Below, piece by piece: positions 13,263-24,736 of a stretch of DNA of 64,000 bases. The notes beneath the pieces are model-generated. The model ran no database searches and had not been told where the DNA came from. It saw only the letters and a program-made list of their open reading frames with translations. Position 1 is the first letter of the stretch; the number at the start of each line of letters is the position of its first letter. Both the position numbers and the translations under genes were made by a program. The stretch covers positions 434,001 through 498,000 of the forward strand of contig CT868063.1 of NCBI GenBank assembly GCA_000165425.1. The letters are read 5' to 3'. This DNA comes from Paramecium tetraurelia (lineage: Eukaryota).

Positions 13263-14025
13263 TCATTTAATAGATTTCTAGAGGGTTATTCGATTATTGA
13301 AATCCATGAAGTTTTCTTTAAAATCTTATCTGGCTGATTGGTCCATATCATTCATTGATGGCGTGATGTTTTCTCTAGAACTTCTATGTACAGATTTACG
13401 AGCTAAGATCCTATTTTTGATCTCATCTATCTGCATTTAAGTTTTACTGGGAGGAGCCAATTATTACAATTATTATCTTAACGAAGCAATTATCTAATCT
13501 TTCTAATCAATTTCCTATTGGATTAATTATTTTTCTTCATTTATCAATTCGAAGGCTTAATTGAATTCTTCAGATTGTTTTTCTAATTAATCTCTCAATT
13601 ATTCGAAATCTTGAATTAGTAATTGATTTTAATGTTTACTCTACTGTAAATCTAATTGTAATTTTCTTATCTACTCTATAATATGTTAATATTAGAGTAC
13701 ATTTTAACTATTTATTCTCTTCTCTTAAATCTACATCATCATATGATACATTTTAAGGAGTATATGATCCTAAATCTTAACGGACTACTTATTAGCTTCT
13801 ATTAATAAATTATTATCTAGTTAATCTATCATCTTCGACTGATTTATTCTTTTAGGACTGATTTATTTATTTTTGTAGTATTTATTATAGTCTCTAACCA
13901 GGATTGTGACTTTTATTTTATTAATACATCTCCAAATATGAGGAATCTAAAATATTATCTTCTTTTAAGATGAATTTAGGTTGCCCAATAGTTTTCTTAG
14001 ACATGGATGACTTGCGAGGGATCAT
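13263..14025 (-). CDS. hypothetical coiled-coil protein
   Basis: ATG at 14025 (MIPRKSSMSKK); Q/E/L-rich heptad-like middle; intron near 13677-13700; TGA at 13263. Confidence 0.55.
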
Positions 14026-14070
14026 AAATTTAAAATATTACTAATTATTTTAACGTTATATATTAATTGA

Positions 14071-14478
14071 TCACAATGTTTTTAAGAGTGTATTTGAAAT
14101 TGAACATATTCCAAATGTTCCAGGTAATACATACGCAAAAAATCTTTCACTTCTCAAGATATTGAAATTAAAGAATATCACCCAATAACAAACCAACCAC
14201 AAAATTGTCAATTGCCCAAAGAACTTTGATCTTCATATAGTACAAATTCTATACCCAAATAAATACATTAACGAACTTAAAATCCCTAAAATAGAGATAG
14301 CCTCTCTTATGAAATCAATTCTATTCAATACTTATAATAATGGATTAAACAATCTTGCATTTTCTCTTGACATTCTTTCAAATCTTTCCTAAGACCAAGG
14401 ATCAAATAACAGCTATATACTTATTGCTTAGACAGTTGTAAATATTAACAATTAAATGAGAAAGTGCTTTGTCTTCAT
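14071..14478 (-). CDS. small hypothetical membrane protein
   Basis: MKTKHFLIQLLIFTTV... with 3-4 hydrophobic segments. A 24-nt GT..AG intron carrying an in-frame TGA must be spliced; stop at 14071. Confidence 0.6.
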
Positions 14479-14730
14479 TTAACAAATTAATTAATAAATA
14501 TCTAATTTTGACAAAAATAATATATATAAGAATACAACATATAGAAATAAGTATCCTGTGCTATTCAGGAGCTTGACAAAGGTGAGGCGATTCTAAGCTC
14601 CATATAACCTTCAATTTATAATTTATTGATGTTAAATTAAGATATCACATACATACGATTTTGTAGAAATTCGATATTTCAATTTTTTTTTTATTTGATA
14701 TAATTTTAATTATTAAATATTAAATACTTT

Positions 14731-16086
14731 ATGTTTATCCTTCCACAATTGAAGAATCTCTATGGTGAAAATTAGAGCCAATGTAAACTAGAATTAACAG
14801 AATAATTTGGGACAACTTTATTATAAGGTTTTCCTTATGTACGGGAATTTGATGAAGAAAGTAAAACTATTATTTTCATTCCTTGTTCCAATAACTCAGA
14901 GATACTGGAAAATAATTCTCAATAGAGATTTAAAATAATATGTACTACACAAAATTCTAGTAATTTTATTATTTCTAGCTAATTTAAACTTCTGAAATAA
15001 GGTAATAGAATTACGAAATATTTTAAAAAATCACACAACTATCTATTTTAAAATGGTGATCATTCTACTCATTTCTACATAAAAGATGATATTTTATATA
15101 TTTAATTCAAATAAATTAGATGGGGAGCAACTGAAAATTTTATTACAAGTAAGGATTTTGAAAATGAAGTAAAAAAATTTATTGCAAGTATTGACATTCA
15201 AAAAATAAAGAATAGTATATTTTAAGGAGAAGAAAAGTTAAATAAAAATCAAGATTGGGTAAAAAATGAATTACAAAAATTGGAAATTTAAAGTCAGATG
15301 ATGGAGAAAAGTTTCACTGCTTCAGACTAGAAATATAATTATTACTAGCCTTTTTTTTTTATTAATTCACTAAAGGATTAAAACAAATAAATTCTATTCT
15401 AACGTTACTATGAGAATGGTTTATATGAAAGGAAATATACTAAGAAATTTACATTTGAATTGAAGTAAGATTTGATGCACTCTTTAAATCAATTATAACA
15501 ATAAATTAACGGGTTTCTTTTTTAATTATCACCTTAACAATAAAAAATATTGAAAAATACATTTATTCAATTGGCCTTTGATATTAAAAAGCATCTTTGC
15601 TTTTAATTTGATTAAGAGACAGAAGATTTTAATAAAATGATTTAAGGAGAAGAATTCAAGAATTATTCATTAAAAAAGTAAAAGAAATTAATTGAGAGTG
15701 TCTGCATAATTTATGATCTTTTAGAACATTCTATTCTTAATGAGAATTATTTCAATTAGAATGTTTTTTAAGTTGATAGGAAAGGCAAACTTAAAATTAA
15801 TTTCCTCTAATCAAATGAATTAAACAAGCATTAAAGCAATAAGTAGAATTAAAATTTTTAAAGCTGTGAATCAAATAAACTTCATCATTTAGTTGAATTA
15901 ATTGCATTTATAGTATAAATCAATCAAAACAAATAATTGTCTGAAATAGATAGCGAGAATTTAGTTAAGCTGAATCAAATAGTTTAATATAATTCATAGA
16001 GAAAAAAATTATAAATTTCTTAGTTATTATTTCTGCTGAACTAAATTCAATTTAGCACTTAGGAAAATTAGCAAATTCGTGAATGA
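14731..16086 (+). CDS. hypothetical protein (possibly a highly divergent kinase-like fold)
   Basis: Intronless 452-codon code-6 ORF. The segment SVCIIYDLLEHSILNENYFNQNVFQVDRKGKLKINF is weakly reminiscent of kinase subdomains VI-VII but lacks catalytic motifs. Confidence 0.55.
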
Positions 16087-16420
16087 TAAATCTTTTGTAA
16101 TTATCAATAAGCTGTAAATTAAAATTGCTTTAGATAAATAAATTAAAAATGATAATTTTTCCATATTTATTATGAATGTATAAAGGAAAGCAATTTTAAT
16201 GATTTAAATTTTTATTAGAATATATTAAAATATTGCCGAATCTTGTTTGAGACAAGCTTTGTGCCATAATTAAACTAATTTTTTCTAAGTTCCTCAGCAT
16301 TTTTACAAGAATTGTAGTTAATATAACAAATATATATTATTATTTTTAAAGTATATACTAATCAATCTGATTAATTTGAAGAACAATTGAATTTATTAAA
16401 TTTTTTGAATGTTCTAAAAG

Positions 16421-17792
16421 TCAAATAAATTCTTACATTTTCTGCATTGAATTTGCTTATGTGATTTTTAGTTGCAATGGGTAATCTTCAAAATTTTCAT
16501 CCATGTACTCATTATATATTGATTCTTAATTGGATATAAACTCTATAGAAACCATTCTCTTTAAAACTGAATTAGATTTCTTATTCATTTAAGATGGTAA
16601 GTACTTCAATCTCAATGAACTGTGCGAACCCATAAAAAAAGAATTATTAGAAGAACTAGTTAAATGACGGACTTCTCCTCTATTATATTTGGTATCTGGG
16701 GGAGCTAATAAATTCTTTTAAGATTAAGGACTATTTTCTAATAAGGAAATTACATGGAGTTATCAAAGAGTGACCAAATAACTTGATTAGATATTTTGGA
16801 TGTGCAATTAGCTTATTATTTTGGTGAATGTTATTCCTTTTTATCCTATGATAGTCTTGATTCTGATAACTTTTTGCTAAGTTTGACACCTTCATTCCAA
16901 TCATAATAGCCATCTAATTTAATATTATTATTTTCAGCTGCTTCTTCAATTAAGTTTTTGATATATTCATAGTCAGGTTGTTCCTCAAATTTTAATTTTC
17001 TAATGTATGATAAGGCTTTAATTAATTCTGGTAATTTATTTCCAATTAACTCTTATAATGGAATTGTTTATTTCATTTCTCCCACTAGACGGTTTCTCTC
17101 GCTATCTTCCACAGGCATGTTCTACCATGGAAGATTGCCTCTTAAAAAATAGATTATCACATAGATGAGGGACTCTAGATCATCTTTTCTACCTAATTCA
17201 TATCCTTTATGAGCAGCAATTGATGCATATCTTGTTGTGCCAATAAAGTCTTTGTCTTCTCTAAAAGGTCTTTATAGAACTTAGTTAAGAACAATATTTA
17301 CATATGATCAGCTTCAAAATATATCTTGCTTATGCCAAAGTCGACTATGTATATTTAATCTAATTCTTTAGACATCATAATATTCTCTGGTTTCAAATCT
17401 CTATGAATTATAAATTTTTTGTGAATATTTTTCAAAATTTCCAAGCAATCATAGCAAACTTGCAAACAACATTTCAATGAAAATTTCCGATATTATTTAA
17501 AATAATAAGCTAAGTCCTTGCCCAATAATTCTATCGCCATTAATTATATTTATCCATCAATGCCATGCCATATCAATTTTGGAATACCAACCACATTGTC
17601 TAACTAAATTAGCATGGCTATTTCTTTTTCTAAGGTTTTTGACTCTTCATACTCTTCTTTTTCTGCCTTCAAAGCACATTCCGTATTTGTTGCTCTATCA
17701 AGTACCAAATATACAATTCCAAATGAGCCTTGGGATAATTTTTTCTTGAATATGAATCTATTACCAAATATTTTTGGACTATTTAAACTCAT
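16421..17792 (-). CDS. casein kinase 1 family protein kinase
   Basis: [60 protein letters not shown] and EQPDYEY are CK1 signatures. One intron near 17270-17300. Confidence 0.92.
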
Positions 17793-18512
17793 CCTCAAAG
17801 TTAAGAGATTAATAAAATGTTAATTAATTACATAAGATAGTTATTAATATTTCAGTTTGACAATTAAGTTGAAACCAATTTCTTTAAATGATTATCTTTT
17901 GTAAACTCATATTATTACTTTACTCTGATTGATACTTATTTTTTACATTTTTAGAATCTAATATACACCTTTAAATAATGGATATATTAAAATGAGGAAT
18001 GTGAATCATATCTAATTATTCCTGAATATATATTTATTAGAGGTTGGATTAAATAGACAACATCATAAATAAGCATATAATAATTATTTAGAAATAACAA
18101 TTAATTACTTTTAAGCAATAATTTAAATGAAGTCCCTAAATTAACTACAATGAGAAGGAGATTACCAATATAGAGGATTAAACCCAACGAATAATTTAAA
18201 TTAGAAAAATATCATTTTTATAATAATTGGTGAGGCCAATTTATAAAAAACACTACAATTTATTTTTAATAGAATAGTTAATATATAATGGAAATTAAAA
18301 TTCTATTGTCTTGAGAGTTTAACTATATCTCTTATTTATTGTGTTGAAAATAAATTCTTTCGAAAACTAGATTTTTAATCATTTTAGGTTACACAAAATA
18401 AAAGTGTTATTCATATTAAATGGGTATTGAGACAATAAAACAACCTTTTGCTTATTTAGATAAATTATGTAAATTAAATTAAATTTTTGATTATAATTAT
18501 GATACTTCATAC

Positions 18513-19286
18513 TCATTATGGTTTATTTGAAGGATGTGGTTATGGTTATGATCTGACTGTTTGTGGTAATTGACCATAGGTTGGAACACTTGGGTAGCTC
18601 TAGATTAACCTCACATAAATTCTTTACTGGAGCATATGCATGTCTAACACCTGAATATGTTAGAGCTGGTGCAATAACTGGTTGAGCATAAACAGGGGCC
18701 TAAGCAACTGGTCTGGCGATAGAATAAGTCAATGGTTAAACAGGTTGAACTACAGATTAGACAACTGGTTAGACAGCCACAGTTTATACTGGCACTGTTT
18801 GAACGGGTTAATATTACTAGGGAATGCTCATAAGTAACATATTACCACTCTTTGTACTTCTCTCTCGACTGCATCATATTCAACTCTGGGGACTGTTTTA
18901 GTGACTGGGACATATTCAGTTTATTATTCATAAACAGTTCTGGGAATGTATTCTGTTTAATATTCGACTGGATAATAATCAGTCACGTATTTAGTTTTTG
19001 GGACTTGAACTTAAATGGTTTCTGTTTCCATTTCGACCACAGGTCTTTAGAATTCTCTATATTCAACTCTTGATTCTCCTTTGATTGCTGGCTATTGTGG
19101 AGCAGCAATGACAGGTTGAGCTACAACTGATTAAGTCAAAACAGGTTATGGGACATATTGGACAGGTTGAGGAACGTATTAAACTGGTTAAGCATATGTT
19201 AGAGGTTGGGCATATGTAACAGGTGTTGAATAGTTTAAGTTAGCAGGAACAGAGCTGGTTAAAGGAGCAGTCGGATAAATTGGCAT
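18513..19286 (-). CDS. epiplasmin (cortical membrane-skeleton protein)
   Basis: P/V/Q/Y-rich arms (YAQPVQYVPQPV) flank the central IKGESRVEYRE...VTDYYPVEYQTEYIPRT...EYVPV..VPRVEY domain characteristic of Paramecium epiplasmins. Two introns. Confidence 0.88.
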
Positions 19287-19497
19287 AGTGTTTTGTTAAA
19301 TTTGTTTTATTTATTTAATATCCAAGTTTTCAAATAAAATTTATTTTTCAATATAATGATTCTATTGGATCGTTGGCTTTTACGAAGCATTCAAATTATT
19401 TGTTACATACTATCCACAAAATGCAAATTATTTATAATATTATGATGCAACATTAATGTAATTTGCAAATATAATATAAATATTTAAATTAAAAATT

Positions 19498-19794
19498 ATG
19501 GCTGATGAATTAGCAGAATTCTATAAGGAAGTCCTAAAACTAATATCTCATTTATGTTTTGAAAATAAAATTACTGAAGATCAAAAATCAGAGTTAAAAA
19601 AGTTGATAATGGAAGATGAGGAATTTGTAGCTTAACTCAAAGAGGAATATGATATAGAAGGCTTGAATGGGTTGGAAAACATCATTGTAGGAGACTCTGT
19701 ATCAAATTCAAGCTTCAGAGATTTAATGGATTTTAATCAAGAAAAAAGGAAAAGATCCTAATCGTTAACAATTTAAACAGACTCTTCGGAATGA
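19498..19794 (+). CDS. small acidic hypothetical protein (98 aa)
   Basis: Clean ATG..TGA frame MADELAEFYKEVLKLISHLCFENKITEDQKSELKKL with coding-like composition. Confidence 0.6.
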
Positions 19795-20494
19795 GTCAGT
19801 TCTATAATTCTTTGGAATGCTACCATGATTTTGATTTATGTTATATTTGTACATAAACAACCAAAATCAAAAAACAAAAACAAAAACACAAGAATTAACT
19901 AAACAATGGTGATTTCTTACATTATTTAATAATTTAATCTACTAATTCTAATTAGTGATTCTAATGTAAAATATTCAAGAATGAATTCTTTATACTTTTT
20001 AGATTCGTTTCTTTCTGATTTTTTTGATAATTTCAAATTATAATCTATTGAAATTGAAAGCTGACAAGATAGAGTTGATGTTACATAAGTAACATATTGA
20101 AAACACTAAATATTTGCAATGTTTAAATCTTTTTCAATTAATTTTTGCTACTGTAATAAATTATTAAATTTAATTTGCTAACTGTACTTTGAAATATAAG
20201 CATTTATAAATAGAATCAAAATATTAGTTTATAGAGGGTATACAAGACTTCCACTAAAATTTTAGAAGCTTTGTAAGTCAAATTTGAAAGCGCCTCAATT
20301 CACCATTTATATCTTATATTATTTAATAATAATAAATAAAATTTTGATGGAGACGAATACCTTAAATAGGGAACTTTCACTAAGTCAACATTTTTATCCC
20401 TACAATAAGTCATAGAACAACCTCATTATTTTAAAGAGCTATTCATGATTCACTCGACTTTCTTTAACACAAAAAATATTAAATATAGTAAATC

Positions 20495-21475
20495 TCAACC
20501 ACATACACTCTTAAATTCAATATATGCTGCTTTAATACTCGGTCTATCTATTTTAAGGTAGCTTCTTTCGCTTACTGTAGAATTAAAACTAAGTTATGCT
20601 ACCGTTTATTCAAGTCCATTTAATGAATATTGAAATCCATTAATTTATTTATCATTTGCGAACTCTCCCTCAAAATAACTTGAATTGGGGTATATTAATT
20701 TGCCCCTTCCATTCATTTACGAATTCCTCCATTCTCCTTCATAAATGAACCCATCTGCAAATATATACACTCCATAACCGTCGAATTGATCATTATAAAA
20801 CATACCCTCATACTAATTGCCATTCTTCCACTTCATAAAACCAAACCCACATTTTCTACCGTCTTTGTACTCTCCTTAAAAAATGGTGCCATCCTTCCAT
20901 ATTTCCTTCCCTTTCACTGGCACATTTGAACACCATATTCCCTCGAATGTTAACTCTTTATTTTTCAGAATACCTTAACCATGATGAGAGCCATATAAAT
21001 ACTCTCCTTCATATTCTGAACCATCTGGATATAATTTTTTCCCATAAATGTGAGGGTTAAAATTTACACTATAGCCAATATAAATAGCGCCATCATTATA
21101 AACAAAAACTCCAAAACCATATGGTTCAAATTTCTTCCATTAACCTTTATATATGAAACCCTAAAGTTAATATGCCTTTTCAGATTTTGGATAATTTTAG
21201 CAGAACGTAGTTTCAGGGATATTGGTGATCTCGATATTTGGAACCACGAAGTCTGTGCATGCAGAATCTTCAGGAATATTTTTTTCAGGAGAAAAATCCT
21301 CATAAGATTCTGCTACGGAGGAATAATAAGAGGGCAATGGTAAAGTTTCGTATAATTTAAGAGGTTGTAATATTCTTTGAATTTGATAATCCTATTCTTG
21401 GTCTACAGAATCTTAAATAGGCATTCCTTCAATAGTTAATTATTTTTGTGCCTCTAAACATTTGCATTATCCCAT
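20495..21475 (-). CDS. MORN-repeat protein with an acylation-type N-terminus
   Basis: 327-codon intronless ORF starting MGQCKC. Repeats include YKGQWKKFEPYGFG, YEGEYLYGSHHGQG, FQGEYKDGRKCGFG, YEGMFYNDQFDGYG and YEGEWRNSQMNGRG. Confidence 0.88.
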
Positions 21476-21518
21476 TTTTATTATTAATAATATGAAATAG
21501 ATTAATATACAAATTATT

Positions 21519-24500
21519 TCAGATTTTAGGACTAACTCTCGTCTTTTTGATTACCTTAGGTCTTGTAGGTCCTAAATTATAATTTTGATAAATACTTTTC
21601 TTTTTTGATTTTTCTACTGGTTTATTTTGATCATTTGAATCCTTTTTATCTAAATATTTATTAACATAAAGATATGGAAATAACAAATATCTCTTAAGTT
21701 TTTTAAATCCTCTAAATTTCTTCAGCTTGATCCCTAATTTCTTAACAACTAAATCAGCATTCCATTGCCTATTAAACACTTCGTAATTTTTCAATGTTTC
21801 AAAATCTTACATGTCAACTAAGTCTTCTTTAAGGTTTACTATCTTTTTATACCAAAATTCTATTTATGTCTATTCAGTTTTAGGAAATAAATGTAAATTA
21901 TTCATCTTTTGTTTTAAATCATTAAAAAAGTTTAATTCTTAAATTTATGCTTTTTATTCCTAATATTCAAATAAACCAGGTTTACATAATAATAGTTTTC
22001 TAAGTTACTATTTCATATTAATATTAATATTGGTATTTGCATTAATTTATCCATATTGAGACATCTATAACTATGCTTATTAATGTGGTACAAATCTATT
22101 TTATTTTTCTTTCTTTAATTTATCTAAGATTTAATATTAACACAAATCATTAGATGAAATAGGAGGAATTTATTTGCTTCCTCTCCTTGAATTCTATTAT
22201 TATTATGAAAAACTATTATCTTTGACTTCATCAGGATCTTCGTTTTCAGATTCAGACTGACTATCTACACTAACAGGTTATTCAATTGTTGGAAATAAAG
22301 TTTCTAAAGCAATTTAATTCTCAACTTAAAATTTATTGACTATGAACTCTACATTTTTTTAATTCTAACATGCATTTTTAAATTAGATTTATTTACTCTA
22401 ATTTTCTCCATTTATTATATTCACCTCATTCAATTGCAATTACCTAATTCTTCTATCCTACTTGACTCGTTTTTTCTATTTTTTTCTATAGAGATACCTT
22501 TTCAAAACAACTTCTCTATTTGGAATAAAATGAACCTATGAGCAGAATTAGGTTGTATGTCTCTTGGTTTTACAGATGAAACAATAGTTTTAGATACTTG
22601 GTTAAGAAGTTAATAGATTCTGAAACTTTTAGTTTTCAAGATCATTCTAAGATAGAATCTTATGAAAATGAGAGTAAGGAATAGATAGTACACTAGTGAA
22701 AGCATTACTTTTGAAAACAAAGTTTGAATTGTATTGTTAAGTGACAAATTCTTCAAGTCCAAAATAATCAAACTTTTCCAGAGTTTATATAGATTTCTAA
22801 TTGATAATCAAATAATAATACTTTCTTATACAAAACTTCAACCTGTCCCTATTCAATTATGTGGATGAAGAATTCATCTTTTGATTGAATTGTGGCTCCC
22901 GGCTGAAAGATTTAAAAGTTGACATCTTCCATTAGTTAATTCAAAATTTCATTTGAAAAGTTCTCATTAAAGAAGGAACATTTATAAATTAAGGATTTTG
23001 CTGCTTCTGTTCTAAGGCTGTGTTATAATTCTTCGGGCAACATAGATATTATTTCTGATTATTCGTTCACCTATTGAACCACTTCTTATTTAAGATAGAA
23101 GTACAACTATTCTCGAACTCTATTACATACATTAGATTAATACTTAAATTATAATGTAGGACTAATCTACTTATTGTGCATATACTAATTAATGGCTGTA
23201 AGTTTTGTTTTGATTTTGTCACTGCTTTCTTTAATTTGTGTGAGTATACTTCCTATAGTGTTTACTGTGTATGAAAACAACAACATACATAAAAACATAT
23301 AAATAATGGTAAAAATTTACTCAGGAGGATCTAAGCTATTAGATTGTTATTACTTTTTGGTGTCAAATCCCCATAACCAACAGTAAATGTAGTGACACAT
23401 ATAAAATAGAAGGATTATAGAAACTAATATGACCATTAGTCATATTCAAATTTGTCTAGCCACGATTGTTATTATGTATTTTAACCTTAAATACCAAACA
23501 CAATCCACACACAACTGAAAATATGCTAAACCAACAGTATTAATGTTATTAATTTGATCAACTCTACTATTGAAGTGGACATTCGGCTGAGCTTGAAGGA
23601 GTATTAAGATATGTCTATAAACTTTAATATGTTGGCGACTTGTATGTACTATAAAACTAATATAAATTTTGGCCAACCATCCCCTATTATTTTTTTCTCT
23701 ATAATGTTATCGGACTGTAAACTTATTATTATAGTATAAATAAAACTAAATAATTCCAATAATGTTGAGAAATTCAGTTATTTTTTATATAATAAATATC
23801 GATCTCTTACAGGTAATCCTTAGTCATAAGTTACGGTAAATGCCCTTATAATGATATCAAAAATTAAAGCAATCGAAACGAAAATTAATGGAACATATTG
23901 TTAGTCAATGAAGTTTTAATGGTGGAATGCCATTAGTATTGGAATTATGACAATTAAATATATTCTAATGCCAAAACATATCAAATCCCAAAAAAATTTT
24001 AGATTACTCATCGGTTCAATTAATGGAATTTGATTATGGATGTATTAGAAATAATGCTTGCATTAAGTTTTTATGGTTCTAAATTTTAATCTTAATTAAA
24101 TCCTTATATCAATAAGTGATATATATTAATGAATCAAGCTTTTTTAGTTTTCATTATATCTACCAACTTAATATTTAAAGGATGCTCCTAAATCATTTAT
24201 CAAATTGAAATGTTTAAGTGTAAAAGATGATGTTAATTTTTGTGGAGCCAATAGTCTTTTAATAAAGTCTTTTTGATGGAAATAGACAATCAATTTACGA
24301 AATGATTTTGTTTGCTTGTTTAAATCAGTCTAAGCGATTGGTTAAAGTCTTTGAGTAAAATTCTCATTTTTAGGAGTGATGAGTTATTGAGGATTAGCAT
24401 ATTGTAGAATCAAGGATTCATGATGACCAGAATTGGATTGAATTATCGGCGATAGCTTTTCTTTTTTTCTATTCTAACCATCCATATTGAAAATGTCATA

Positions 24501-24590
24501 ACCTGATCGATCCTGGATTTCATTTACCTCATCTGAATTTATATTCCTGGAAAAAGTATTTTTAGCCAAAAAAGAGACTTGTTGTTTCAT
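21519..24590 (-). CDS. 6TM K+ channel with a cyclic-nucleotide-binding-homology domain (KCNH/CNG-like)
   Basis: IPLIEPMSNLKFFWDL (S1), QHIFSCVW (S5), pore YFICVTTFTVGYGDLTP, S6 LFSYTVNTIGSI, then C-linker, degenerate CNBD and a CCHC motif. Several tiny introns. Confidence 0.9.
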
Positions 24591-24736
24591 ATGTTATAAG
24601 TTATTAAATAAATTAATTTAAATTTAATTAAATAATGATATTTGCATTTTCTATTGAAAGAATATGACTTCTATAATTAGATTTATTTAATAGTAACAAA
24701 ATAACATAATAATTCTTTTTTTTGTACTATTTTTAT

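Noticed and set aside
14551..14652. Telomerase RNA or spliceosomal snRNA identity for the GC-rich island
   Set aside because: There is no telomere-template sequence and I recognised no U1/U2/U4/U5/U6 motifs. It is kept only as an unassigned ncRNA candidate.
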